Source: Oscillospiraceae bacterium
GTDB lineage: Bacteria; Bacillota; Clostridia; Oscillospirales; Oscillospiraceae
Assembly (NCBI GenBank): GCA_034927185.1
Contig: JAYFQM010000032.1
Span: 15,436 to 79,435, forward strand
DNA length: 64,000 nt
Reading direction: 5' to 3'
In this document: positions 18,266-27,475 of the stretch, in pieces
Position numbering within the stretch: position 1 is the first letter of the stretch
Layout: each line of letters opens with the position of its first letter
Translations under genes and position numbers: made by a program
The notes under the pieces: model-generated
The model's database searches: none
Seen by the model: only the letters and a program-made list of their open reading frames with translations
Told to the model about the DNA's origin: nothing

Positions 18266-18306
18266 CAAAAAACCCACGAAGCGTCAAACGCTTCGCGGGT
18301 TTTTTC
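18266..18306. terminator. bidirectional intrinsic terminator
   Basis: AAAAAACCCACGAAGCG-TCAAA-CGCTTCGCGGGTTTTTTC, with an A-run and a T-run flanking the stem. Lies between convergent genes. Confidence 0.75.
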
Positions 18307-18314
18307 ATAGGATT

Positions 18315-19280
18315 TTATTGCCGACCGCTTAATAATTCCTCAACCTCACGCAAAAGCGGCATCGACGGTATCGCACCTCTTTTTGTAACGCAGAGCGCGG
18401 CGGCGGCGTTTGAAAAGCGCGATATCCTGAGGATCTCCGAAAAATCAATCTCACAGGGCTTTTTGCGGAGTTTTCCAACGGAAAACAGAAACGCTCCCCA
18501 GAAGGCGTCGCCCGCGCCGGTCGTATCAACTGTGCTGACTTCGAACCCGGGAACGGTGTCGCAGCCGTCGTTTGACGCTATCAGGACGCCCTTTTCACCA
18601 AGGGTCACCGCCGCTATATCTATTCCGGAGTCAACAAGATATTTTGCCGCCCTATCCGGTTCCGTGAATCCTGTGATAAGTTCAGTCTCCTCTTCCGAGA
18701 GCTTTATCATGTCAACATAGGGCAGCACGGAGCGCGCCATTTCTTTCGCCTGAGCCTCGCTTTTCCAGAGGAGGGGCCTGTAGTTCGGATCGTAGGATAT
18801 GATGCAACCTGCTTTTCCAGCTTCGCTAATGGCAAAGCGGGTTGCCCCGCGTGCCGGCTCGTCCGTGAGTGACAGGGAACCGAAGTGGAATATCCGGCTG
18901 GTTCTGATGACCGAGAGCTCAAGCTCATCTCTGCTCAGGTGGGTATCGGCGCCCGGCTTGCGCGCGAATGAGAAGCGGCGCTCTCCGTTATTGCTCAGGC
19001 TGACAAACGCAAGCGTCGTAAAGACGCTGTCGTCCGTAATCAATCCATCGGTGTTGATTCCCACGCTGTGAAGCGTGTTTCTCAGGAATTCTCCCTGGGC
19101 GTCCGCACCGATCTTGCCAAGAAAAGCGGTTTTATGCCCCAGCTTGGCTGCGCAGGCGAGAACGTTCGCCGGTGCGCCTCCGGGGTTTTGTTCATAAAGC
19201 TCCATGCTGGAGGGCGATACTCCGACCTGAGTATAGTCGATCAGCAGTTCACCCAGCGCGGTGATGTCAAACCCGCTCAT
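18315..19280 (-). CDS. PfkB-family carbohydrate kinase (fructokinase-like)
   Basis: 321 aa. DTTGAGDAFWGAF ATP/anion-hole motif and an N-terminal GEL(L)ID pattern. Confidence 0.85.
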   Translation of the reverse strand: MSGFDITALGELLIDYTQVGVSPSSMELYEQNPGGAPANVLACAAKLGHKTAFLGKIGADAQGEFLRNTLHSVGINTDGLITDDSVFTTLAFVSLSNNGERRFSFARKPGADTHLSRDELELSVIRTSRIFHFGSLSLTDEPARGATRFAISEAGKAGCIISYDPNYRPLLWKSEAQAKEMARSVLPYVDMIKLSEEETELITGFTEPDRAAKYLVDSGIDIAAVTLGEKGVLIASNDGCDTVPGFEVSTVDTTGAGDAFWGAFLFSVGKLRKKPCEIDFSEILRISRFSNAAAALCVTKRGAIPSMPLLREVEELLSGRQ

Positions 19281-19954
19281 ACGTGCACCCGGGGGTATTC
19301 GTTACAAAGAAGATACATTGCGGGTTCGTCTTCCTCTATTAAAGTAAAGCGCTTTTGGGACTCATAAAAACGGTTGTCGGTGAGATCATCGTTGACCATG
19401 GAGACCTCCCATGCCAGGACCTTTCGGCCCTCGGCAGCGAACTGATGATATGTTCTGGGGCAGATAGTGATACTCTCTCCCGGTTTCAGATAAACCTTTT
19501 CCCCAGCAGGCACAAGGCACCTTCTGCCGTCAATGCGGGCGGTGACCTCGGTATCATCCAGTTCCCCTTCCGGCGTAGAATTCCAAAGCTGCATCATAAG
19601 AACACCGCCTCCGCGGTTTATTATATCCTCCATCTTGTACCGGTGGAAGTGGTTTGGAGAGAGCTGCCCAGGCTCGGAAACCAGCATTTTTTCCGCATAC
19701 GGCTTCGCATAATCCGGATTGCTCAGATTGCCGTTCCTTATCGTGAAAAGCAGCAGCCCTATACTGCTAAAATCACCGCGTCCGTAGTCTGTCACATCCC
19801 AGCCGAGCATGTTCTCGCGAATCTCGTCATATTCGCTGCCTTTCGACGCCCAATCCCCGGCGGTCCAGTAGGCGAAGGGTGGTATGTGAACCTTAATATC
19901 TCCGAGCCATTCAATTGTTTTCTCAATCAGCGCGTTAATCTGCGAGCGTTTCAT
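19277..19954 (-). CDS. D-lyxose/D-mannose family sugar isomerase (cupin)
   Basis: MKRSQINALIE..., GWDVTDYGRGDF, YAEKML..., HFHRYKMEDIINRGGG closely parallel the E. coli O157 D-lyxose isomerase. GGAGG lies 8 nt upstream of the ATG at 19954. Confidence 0.85.
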   Translation of the reverse strand: MKRSQINALIEKTIEWLGDIKVHIPPFAYWTAGDWASKGSEYDEIRENMLGWDVTDYGRGDFSSIGLLLFTIRNGNLSNPDYAKPYAEKMLVSEPGQLSPNHFHRYKMEDIINRGGGVLMMQLWNSTPEGELDDTEVTARIDGRRCLVPAGEKVYLKPGESITICPRTYHQFAAEGRKVLAWEVSMVNDDLTDNRFYESQKRFTLIEEDEPAMYLLCNEYPRVHV

Positions 19955-19978
19955 TTTGAGTGCCTCCAATAAGAAATG

Positions 19979-20965
19979 TCACGATTGCTTCAGGGTCGAG
20001 GTCAAATATCTGGAAAACTCTGCCGTCTGTTCCCTGTCAATATTCAGCGTCGAAAGCCTTTCTTTTACGGCGGAGGAATCAAAGCCGCAGCCCTTGAGCG
20101 CACGGCTGACGGCATTGGCCCAGTCGACGTTCATTGCGTCCGAATACATCGCCGCACTGCTTATAATGCCGTCCGAAACCTTCAATAACAGCTCGATTTC
20201 CCCAAAGGAAAGCCTTGTCAGAAACTGACGGTCAAAGTCCGCGAGCCTGCCGAGCGTCCATTCGCGGCTGCCGTAGCGCTCCGTGAGCTTCTCCCATTCC
20301 TGAGCGTTCAGAACCGTTTCGTCAACCGCTTCGGCTTCGCTGCCATAGATCTCCCCGAAGGCGCTTATAAGAGCGCTTCTCATTTTTTCCGGTGTTATAT
20401 CCGGATTAAGCTCGCAAAGATTGACGACCCTTGAGTGTACACTTTCAACGCCCTTGGCGCGCAGCTTCTCCTTCGAGGGCGTCAAAAACTGACCCAGCTT
20501 GTATATGTCCGAGTTGAGAAGTATCGTTCCGTGATGATAGCAAATGCCGCCCGAAGCATAGTAGGCGTTGCCGGAAAACTTCCTCCCGTCAGCGAGAATG
20601 TCGTTTCTTCCGCTGAGTGAAGCATCTATCCCGAAGCTGCGCGCCGCCAGACGGATGACCTCCGACTGCTTGACGGTATCATATAACCCGTTATGTGCTA
20701 AAAAGGTGAAATTCTGGTTTCCCAGGTCGTGATATACGGCCCCTCCGCCCGAAAGCCGCCGCGCGAGCTTTCCACCTACCGCCGAAAGAGCCTCCAGCGC
20801 GCATTCGCGCCAGGCGTTTTGATTGCGGCCTATTACGACGGTGTTGTCGTTCTGCCATAGGTATAGAAGAACCTCTCCGGGCTTTATATATCGCAGAAGC
20901 ATTTCCTCCGCGGCCAGATTCCGGAAAGGGTCTGTGCAGCCTGTAATAAAAACCTGGAGCTTCAT
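19979..20965 (-). CDS. lplA: lipoate-protein ligase A
   Basis: 328 aa. N-terminus [25 protein letters not shown] and KFSGNA motifs. Confidence 0.88.
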   Translation of the reverse strand: MKLQVFITGCTDPFRNLAAEEMLLRYIKPGEVLLYLWQNDNTVVIGRNQNAWRECALEALSAVGGKLARRLSGGGAVYHDLGNQNFTFLAHNGLYDTVKQSEVIRLAARSFGIDASLSGRNDILADGRKFSGNAYYASGGICYHHGTILLNSDIYKLGQFLTPSKEKLRAKGVESVHSRVVNLCELNPDITPEKMRSALISAFGEIYGSEAEAVDETVLNAQEWEKLTERYGSREWTLGRLADFDRQFLTRLSFGEIELLLKVSDGIISSAAMYSDAMNVDWANAVSRALKGCGFDSSAVKERLSTLNIDREQTAEFSRYLTSTLKQS

Positions 20966-20966
20966 T

Positions 20967-22379
20967 TTATCGCCTTTTTATCTTTGGCATAATATGAACA
21001 GCCCTACCCTCGGTGTCATCTAGAGCTTCTGTTACGGCCTCTGAGAAGGTCGGATGAGGGCGGATAACGGCTGAAAGCTGCTTCACCGTCAGCCTGTTTA
21101 CGATAGCTGAGGAAAGCTCGCTTATAAGATCGGAGGCCCGTGCGCACATTATCTGGGCGCCGAGCAGACGCTCCGTGCCAGCCTCGAAAACGAGTTTAAC
21201 AAAGCTTCGGTCCTGCTGCTCGATGACCGTTTTTGCGTTGCCGCTCATCGCGTACTTTCCCGTTTTTACCTCGATGCCCCGCGCCTTCGCCTGCTCTGCC
21301 GTGACCCCGACGCAGGCGATCTCGGGGATTGTATAGACGCAGCTCGGCACGGCCGAAAGGTCAAAAGGCGGCTCTTCGCCGAGCATATAAGATACCGCAT
21401 TCCTTGCCTGGGCAGCCGCAGCATGCGCGAGCTGGATGCTGCCTTCGGTTACATCACCTATAGCGTAAATACCCTCGACGCTCGTCCTGAAGCGCTCGTC
21501 AACCACGATGCCGCGCCGGACCTCAAGGTTCAGGCCCTCGCCGAACAGCCCTCTAAAGTCCGGCCTTCTGCCGGCTGAGACGAGGACTCCCTGGGCCGTC
21601 AGCTCCTGAGCACCGCTTTTACCTGAAAACCGGCAGCAAAGCTCTCCGCCCGTTTCAGATATTCGCTCAACCGAGCAGCCGGTATGCACGGCGACACCGC
21701 GCTTTTTATATATCATAGTCAGGTTCTGCGAAATCTCGCGGTCAAGCGTCGGAACGATGCGCTCCGCAGCCTCAATAATTGTGACCTCACAGCCCAGCGA
21801 ACAGTAAAATGAGGCAAATTCCGCGCCTATAACGCCGCCACCGATTATTATGAGACTTTTGTAATCCCGCGCCGGACCCTCAAGCAGCCCGTCGCTTGTA
21901 AGAATCCCCGGGAGATCGATACCGTCAATCGGCGGAAGCGAAGGAACGGCGCCCGTTGCAATCAGTATTTGTGACGCGCTTAAAACCGTTTCTCCGACGG
22001 GCGACGACACGGTTACTTCCGACGCGGATGCAATTTTCGCCCTGCCGAGAAAAATGTCGACTCCGTTTGCCCTGACAAGCGATTCCACTCCCTCCCTCGC
22101 GCCTGAGACGACCTCGTCCCGCCGACGGCAGATCGCTTCAATGTCGTAGCCGAGATTCTCGGTGAAAATTCCAATACTCGCGCCGTCCTTCATCTCGCGG
22201 TAACGCTCTGCGGAGTGCAGTATGGCCTTCGCCGGGATACAGCCGCGGTTGAGGCAGGTGCCGCCGAGAGTGCGTTCTTCGACCAGCGCGGCCTTCATCC
22301 CGTGCTGAGCGGCGGTTATGGCCGCCGTATAACCGCCGGGACCTGAGCCAATTACGACTAGATCATATCTCTGGGACAT
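20967..22379 (-). CDS. lpdA: dihydrolipoyl dehydrogenase (L protein / E3)
   Basis: GSGPGGY FAD fold, redox-active [11 protein letters not shown] disulfide, and C-terminal HPTFSE. Confidence 0.92.
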   Translation of the reverse strand: MSQRYDLVVIGSGPGGYTAAITAAQHGMKAALVEERTLGGTCLNRGCIPAKAILHSAERYREMKDGASIGIFTENLGYDIEAICRRRDEVVSGAREGVESLVRANGVDIFLGRAKIASASEVTVSSPVGETVLSASQILIATGAVPSLPPIDGIDLPGILTSDGLLEGPARDYKSLIIIGGGVIGAEFASFYCSLGCEVTIIEAAERIVPTLDREISQNLTMIYKKRGVAVHTGCSVERISETGGELCCRFSGKSGAQELTAQGVLVSAGRRPDFRGLFGEGLNLEVRRGIVVDERFRTSVEGIYAIGDVTEGSIQLAHAAAAQARNAVSYMLGEEPPFDLSAVPSCVYTIPEIACVGVTAEQAKARGIEVKTGKYAMSGNAKTVIEQQDRSFVKLVFEAGTERLLGAQIMCARASDLISELSSAIVNRLTVKQLSAVIRPHPTFSEAVTEALDDTEGRAVHIMPKIKRR

Positions 22380-22405
22380 ATGCTTTCTCCTTAATTAACA
22401 TGGCG

Positions 22406-23851
22406 TTACGATTCTTCTTGCTTCCAGCGCAGGCGCGGGTTGCGCGCCGCTTCGACCTCGTCCGGACGGCGGATGGGAGTTGTAACGGGCAGCGTGTGGG
22501 CTTTTTCGGGGTCCTTCATCGCCTCGTCGTAAACAGCGAGAAAAATGTCCGCGGCCTCGTCAAGCTGCTCCTTGCCCTCCGTTTCGGTCGGCTCGGCCAT
22601 GAGCGCCTCATGGACGATCATCGGGAAGTACATCGTGGGCGGATGGATTCCCTTGTCCAGCAGAGCCTTGGCAATATCCATAGCGGTCACGCCGCGCTCC
22701 TTCGCCTCATGTTCGAGCGTCATTACAAATTCGTGCATACATACGCCATTATACGCCATCTCATATTTCTCGCTCAGCCGCTTTTTCAGGTAATTCGCAG
22801 ACAGCACGGCGTGCATTGCCGCTTCCGGAATGCCTTCCCTTCCAAGTGTGAGAATATAGGTCAAAGCACGGACAATCACAAGGAAGTTCCCGTAAAAAGC
22901 CTTGACGCTCCCGACGCTCAGCGGGCGGTCCGCTTCAAGAGAGAAAACTCCGTTTTTTGAAACAACTCGGGGCTTCGGCAGATACGGCTCCAAAAAAGCC
23001 TTGCAGCCGACCGCGCCGCCGCCGGGCCCCCCACCGCCGTGAGGCGTCGAGAAGGTTTTGTGGAGATTGAGATGCACGCAGTCGAAGCCCATGTCTCCGG
23101 GACGGATAACGCCCATAACGGCGTTCAGGTTTGCTCCGTCGTAATAACACAGCCCCCCCGCGTCGTGGACAATTTTAGTAATTTCAAGGATGTTCCTGTC
23201 GAATATGCCGAGCGTGTTGGGGTTCGTGAGCATTAGTCCGGCCGTATCCTCACCGACAGCCCCTCGCAGCTTTTCAAGATCAACGCAGCCGTCACTTCCG
23301 GAGGGAATGCTCACGACCGTCATGCCGCACATAACTGCCGTCGCGGGATTGGTGCCGTGGGAGCTGTCCGGAACTATGACCTTCGTGCGCTTTTTACCCT
23401 CGCCGCGCTCCTCGTGGTATTTTTTTATGAGAAGCATTCCGGTGAATTCGCCGTGAGCGCCGGCGGCTGGCGAAAGTGTCATTGCGTCCATGCCTGTTAT
23501 TTCGCAGAGCATTTCTTCCGTTTCGCTCAACACCTCAAGCGCGCCCTGAACCGTCGCTGCCGGCTGAAGCGGATGCACTTCGGTAAACCCGCGGAGAGCG
23601 GCGGGTTTCTCGTTTATTTTGGGGTTGTATTTCATCGTGCAGCTTCCGAGCGGATAAAAGCCGTTATTTACGCCATAGGCACGGCGCTCAAGCTCAGAAT
23701 AATGGCGGCTGACGTCGTTTTCCGAAAGCTCTGGAAGCGCCGCGTCCTTTTGGCGGGTAAGCTCCGGCGAAAGCACTGTGACCGGTACGTCGCATTCCGG
23801 GAGATAAGTCGAGCCTCTGGCCGTAACGCTTTTTTCAAAGAGCAGCTTCAT
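22406..23851 (-). CDS. gcvPB: glycine dehydrogenase (decarboxylating) subunit 2
   Basis: 481 aa with the PLP Lys motif NLHKTFSTPHGGGGPG. Confidence 0.95.
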   Translation of the reverse strand: MKLLFEKSVTARGSTYLPECDVPVTVLSPELTRQKDAALPELSENDVSRHYSELERRAYGVNNGFYPLGSCTMKYNPKINEKPAALRGFTEVHPLQPAATVQGALEVLSETEEMLCEITGMDAMTLSPAAGAHGEFTGMLLIKKYHEERGEGKKRTKVIVPDSSHGTNPATAVMCGMTVVSIPSGSDGCVDLEKLRGAVGEDTAGLMLTNPNTLGIFDRNILEITKIVHDAGGLCYYDGANLNAVMGVIRPGDMGFDCVHLNLHKTFSTPHGGGGPGGGAVGCKAFLEPYLPKPRVVSKNGVFSLEADRPLSVGSVKAFYGNFLVIVRALTYILTLGREGIPEAAMHAVLSANYLKKRLSEKYEMAYNGVCMHEFVMTLEHEAKERGVTAMDIAKALLDKGIHPPTMYFPMIVHEALMAEPTETEGKEQLDEAADIFLAVYDEAMKDPEKAHTLPVTTPIRRPDEVEAARNPRLRWKQEES

Positions 23852-25170
23852 TTCACGCTTACCCCCTTGAGAATTTCGACCAGCGCGTCGATTTCACTTT
23901 TTGTGTTCATTTCGGTCACGCACCAGAGAATCGAGCCGTCCTCAAGCGGAAGACCGCCGAGGATACCCTTTTCCTCGAGCACGGCCATCACCTTCCCTGT
24001 CTCGGCGGGGCAGGAGGTCACAAATTCGTGGAAAAACTCTCCTTCATATTTGAGGGAGAAGCCGGAAACGGAAGAAATCTGTGAAGCCGCGTAGTGAGCT
24101 TTGGACAAGCACTGAGAGGCGGCGGTTTTTATTCCCTCACGTCCCATAGCCGCCATATATACAGCGGCGGTCATGGCACAGAGAGCCTCGTTGGAGCAGA
24201 TGTTGCTGCTTGCCTTTTCCCGCCGTATGTGCTGTTCTCTCGCCTGAAGCGTAAGCACAAAAGCGCGGTTCTCTTCGGAATCCGTGGTTTCGCCGACGAT
24301 ACGGCCGGGAAGCCTGCGCATCATAGCGCTTTTTGCCGCCATGAAGCCGAGATAGGGGCCGCCGAACGAAAGTGGCATACCGAGAGGCTGGCCCTCACCG
24401 ACAGCAACGTCGGCACCGCACTCCGCGGGCGTTTTGAGAATGGCGGCGGCTATGGGGTTTATGCCCATGATAAGCTTTGCTCCCGCTTCATGGACTACCC
24501 GGCCAACAGCCTCGGCAGGCTCTATTAGTCCGTAGTAGTTCGGCGAGGCGAGATAAACGCAGGCTGTGGTTTCGTCCAGCATATTGCGGAGGGCTTCAAG
24601 GTCCGTCAGCCCGTTTTTTTCGGGAATAAGAGCGATATCGGCGTTTGAAGCCCAGCAGTAGGTCTGCATAACCCGAATTACGTCGGGATGAGCGCAGGAG
24701 CTTACGAGCGTTTTTGTGCGCTTCCTCTCGCGGCACATGGCCGAGGCTTCGGCGGCGGCGGTCGCGCCGTCATAGACGGAGGCGTTGGAAACGTCCATTC
24801 CTGTAAGCTCACAGATCATGGTCTGGTACTCGAAAATAGCCTGCAGGATGCCCTGAGATATTTCCGCCTGATAGGGAGTGTAGGCTGTTACGAAGGTTTC
24901 CTTCGAAACTACTGAGTCGACTACGGCGGGGATATAGTGGCGGTAGGCGCCTGCACCGCGGAATATAGTCGGGAAAACTTTGTTTTTGGATGACAGCGCT
25001 TCCATGGCCCGCATGACCTCAAGCTCGCTCATTCCGGAGGGCAGGGCGAGGCCGTCCCTCAAAATGAGTTCGTTCGGCACTGCGGCATACATTTCGTCGA
25101 GAGAGCCAAGGCCGACGGAGTCAAGCATTTCCTTACGCTGCTTATCCGTGATGGAAATGTAACGGCCCAT
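23848..25170 (-). CDS. gcvPA: glycine dehydrogenase (decarboxylating) subunit 1
   Basis: 440 aa. YTPYQAEISQG. Overlaps gcvPB by 4 nt. Confidence 0.95.
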   Translation of the reverse strand: MGRYISITDKQRKEMLDSVGLGSLDEMYAAVPNELILRDGLALPSGMSELEVMRAMEALSSKNKVFPTIFRGAGAYRHYIPAVVDSVVSKETFVTAYTPYQAEISQGILQAIFEYQTMICELTGMDVSNASVYDGATAAAEASAMCRERKRTKTLVSSCAHPDVIRVMQTYCWASNADIALIPEKNGLTDLEALRNMLDETTACVYLASPNYYGLIEPAEAVGRVVHEAGAKLIMGINPIAAAILKTPAECGADVAVGEGQPLGMPLSFGGPYLGFMAAKSAMMRRLPGRIVGETTDSEENRAFVLTLQAREQHIRREKASSNICSNEALCAMTAAVYMAAMGREGIKTAASQCLSKAHYAASQISSVSGFSLKYEGEFFHEFVTSCPAETGKVMAVLEEKGILGGLPLEDGSILWCVTEMNTKSEIDALVEILKGVSVK

Positions 25171-25172
25171 GC

Positions 25173-25553
25173 CTATTCCTCCTTTGAGCAGAAATCATCA
25201 TACTCCTCGGAGTTCATAAGCTCATCATTGTCGGAACTGATACTTACCCTGATAAGCCATGAACTGTAAGGGCCGTCGTTGATGAGTCCGGGTGAGTCAA
25301 GAAGAGCTTCGTTAATTTCGGTCACGGTCCCGGAAACCGGAGCCAGAACGTCCGAAACGGCCTTTACGCTCTCAACGTCGCCGAAGGCTTCGTCAATGGC
25401 GATTTCGTCTCCGACCAGTGGAAGATTGACAAAAACAAGCTTTCCCAGTTTTTTCTGAGCGTAATCCGTCAGGCCGACTCTCGCCGTTCCGTCGTCAAGG
25501 AATTCCACCCATTCGTGAGTTGCGGAATATTTAAGATTTATTGGCGTGTTCAT
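25173..25553 (-). CDS. gcvH: glycine cleavage system H protein
   Basis: 126 aa with the lipoyl-Lys motif VESVKAVSD. Confidence 0.95.
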   Translation of the reverse strand: MNTPINLKYSATHEWVEFLDDGTARVGLTDYAQKKLGKLVFVNLPLVGDEIAIDEAFGDVESVKAVSDVLAPVSGTVTEINEALLDSPGLINDGPYSSWLIRVSISSDNDELMNSEEYDDFCSKEE

Positions 25554-25576
25554 TTCGGTATCTCCTTAAATTGTAT

Positions 25577-26665
25577 TTACTTATCGGATTTTTTATAAAA
25601 CGGCAGGGGGACTATTTCAGCCTCGATTCTTCGTCCGCGCACCTCGGCCGAAACAGAAGTTCCGGCTGCGCTGCGGGCCTTGTCGATAAGCGCCATCGCG
25701 TAGGCTCCGTTTAGGTAGGGCAGGAAGGTGCCGCTTGTGGTTTCGCCAATCTTTTCTTCCCCGATAAAAACTGGACAATGCTCGCGGATTATGCCCCTAC
25801 CGGTGACCTTCAGCCCCACACGGGTGATTTTCGGCTCTCCTTTTTCGATGAGAGCGCTTTTTCCTATGAAATCATCTTTTTGAAGCTTCACTCCAAAGCC
25901 GAGTCCCGTTTCAAGCGGACTGACGGTGTCGTCCATTTCGTGCCCGTAGAGCGGCATTGCAGCCTCAAGGCGAAGCGTGTCACGCGCGCCGAGTCCACAG
26001 GGTATCAGCCCAAAGTCCTTTCCCGCGTCAAGCAAAGCCCTCCAGAGCTTTTCGGCCTGATCGGTTTCGCAGTATAGCTCATATCCGAATTCTCCCGTAT
26101 AACCAGTCTGAGAAATAAGGCACTTGATCCCCGCGACGCTGCAATCATCAAGAAAGGTATAGTATTTTTCCGGAAGATTGTTTATATCCGTAAGCTTAGA
26201 GAGTATTTCCTTTGACTTGGGACCCTGAAGAGCAATCTGGGCAATCGAATCGGAAATGTCCTCAAGTGCCACCTGCCCGAAGAGCTGCTTTTTCATCCAC
26301 TCGACGTCTTTTTCACGGTTAGAGGCGTTGACGACCACAAGGTATCTGTCCTGATCCATGCGGTAGATCAGCAGATCGTCAATAACTCCGCCGTCCGGAT
26401 TGCACATTGGGCTGTATCTGACCCTGCCGTCCGCCATGCCTGTGAAGTCGTTCGTAAAAAGGAAATTGATATTCCTGAGCGCGTCGCGTCCGCTGATTAT
26501 AACCTCGCCCATGTGAGAGACGTCGAAAAGCCCGGCTTTTGTACGTACCGCCATGTGTTCCTCGATTATGTCTGTATACTGAACAGGCATAAGATAGCCC
26601 GCAAAGGGAACCATCGAGGCTCCGGCGCTGATGTGACATTCATAAAGCGGAGTTTTCTTTTCCAT
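25577..26665 (-). CDS. gcvT: aminomethyltransferase (T protein)
   Basis: About 362 aa. GLFDVSHMGE. The ATG at 26665 is preferred over the TTG at 26671. Confidence 0.95.
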   Translation of the reverse strand: MEKKTPLYECHISAGASMVPFAGYLMPVQYTDIIEEHMAVRTKAGLFDVSHMGEVIISGRDALRNINFLFTNDFTGMADGRVRYSPMCNPDGGVIDDLLIYRMDQDRYLVVVNASNREKDVEWMKKQLFGQVALEDISDSIAQIALQGPKSKEILSKLTDINNLPEKYYTFLDDCSVAGIKCLISQTGYTGEFGYELYCETDQAEKLWRALLDAGKDFGLIPCGLGARDTLRLEAAMPLYGHEMDDTVSPLETGLGFGVKLQKDDFIGKSALIEKGEPKITRVGLKVTGRGIIREHCPVFIGEEKIGETTSGTFLPYLNGAYAMALIDKARSAAGTSVSAEVRGRRIEAEIVPLPFYKKSDK

Positions 26666-26684
26666 AGACAATCCAGCTTTCTTT

Positions 26685-26722
26685 AATAAAATAGGAGACG
26701 CACCTAAACAAGGTGCGTCTCC
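26685..26722 (-). terminator. terminator hairpin of the glycine riboswitch expression platform
   Basis: Minus strand GGAGACGCACC-TTGTTTA-GGTGCGTCTCC followed by TATTTTATT, about 28 nt before the gcvT start. Confidence 0.7.
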
Positions 26723-26726
26723 GTTG

Positions 26727-26892
26727 TGATACCTGAAAGATTCTTCCCATAAGGGAATTGCTTCGTCGGTGCCAATTTAATGGCTTTCCGGGGTCTCGTC
26801 CGGACCCGGTCCTTTTGCCTGAGAGCTTCTCGCTTGTTTCTCCTTCGGCGCCGGGTCCGCTTAACGGAACCGATCTCTCCCGAGTCCTTCAT
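26727..26892 (-). promoter_or_regulatory. tandem glycine riboswitch
   Basis: Aptamer 1: CGGGAGAG...GGCGCCGAAGGAGAAA...CUCUCAGGCAAAAGGACCGGG. Aptamer 2: CGGACGAGA...GGCACCGACGAAGCAA-hairpin-AAUCUUUCAGGUAUCACAACGG. Both follow the glycine-aptamer core pattern and sit upstream of gcvT, as is typical. Confidence 0.8.
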
Positions 26893-27069
26893 CCGAACTT
26901 TATTCTGTTAATTCCAGTGTAAACCAGCGTTTTTATATTGTCAACAGAAAATAAGGAAAACTCCGGGATGCTGATTTCCGGAAATATGCAAGGCAGAGAA
27001 ACGATCCGGCCTTAAACGTTAACGGGCCGTAAAACCAAATGAACATATCAACATAATATAACTAAGGAG

Positions 27070-27453
27070 GTGTTTATTTTGTTTCAGTATTCTGTAAGAC
27101 CGGGCGATACCGTTTACAGTATTGCCGAAATGTTCGGCGTGCCCTTTGATGTAATACTGTCCGCCAATCCCGGCTTATACCCTTACGGCTTGACTGTCGG
27201 ACAGATCATTCTTATACCCGATGAGTATTATCCCGGCTATCCCGCATATCCAGGTTATCCGGTGTATCCCATCTTCCCGATAATCCCGATTCCATTTCGG
27301 CGCTTCGGTGGGCGTGGACCCGGAAGGCCGGGAAGACCTGGAGGACCCGGAGGACCGGGAAGACCTGGAGGACCGGGAAGACCCGGAGGACCGGGAAGAC
27401 CCGGAGGACTGGGAAGGCCGGGAAGGCCCGGAGGACTGGGTCCCCGCAGATAA
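27070..27453 (+). CDS. LysM domain protein with Tyr/Pro and Gly-Arg-Pro repeat tail
   Basis: LysM: [30 protein letters not shown]...GQIILIP. Then [23 protein letters not shown] and (GRPGGP)n. AGGAGG RBS. Start is GTG at 27070 or TTG at 27079. Confidence 0.75.
   Translation: MFILFQYSVRPGDTVYSIAEMFGVPFDVILSANPGLYPYGLTVGQIILIPDEYYPGYPAYPGYPVYPIFPIIPIPFRRFGGRGPGRPGRPGGPGGPGRPGGPGRPGGPGRPGGLGRPGRPGGLGPRR
27316..27441 (+). repeat. in-frame tandem 18-nt repeat (GGAGGACCGGGAAGACCY) encoding GGPGRP units
   Basis: Directly visible in the sequence. The region is open in several frames, which creates spurious overlapping ORFs (27175..27483 minus strand and the 5' part of 27308..27952). Confidence 0.85.
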
Positions 27454-27475
27454 CAACAAAGCTGGAGGTTTTATT

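Noticed and set aside
19355-19972. 205-aa plus-strand ORF.
   Set aside because: It is antisense to the lyxose/mannose isomerase gene, which aligns end to end with the characterised E. coli O157 enzyme.
22400-24094. Plus-strand ORFs of 186 aa (22400..22960) and 245 aa (23357..24094).
   Set aside because: They are antisense shadows of gcvPB/gcvPA. No RBS or recognisable motifs are present, and the sense-strand genes are unambiguous.
27316-27441. Tandem repeat considered as a CRISPR-like or non-coding repeat array.
   Set aside because: The units are contiguous with no spacers and are only 18 nt long. They are in frame within a CDS, and no cas genes are nearby.
27308-27475. N-terminal extension of the 27308..27952 ORF ([14 protein letters not shown]...), and the antisense ORF 27175..27483.
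   Set aside because: Both are alternative-frame readings of the 18-nt tandem repeat that encodes the GRPGGP tail of the LysM protein. A GGAGG RBS precedes the internal ATG at 27476.
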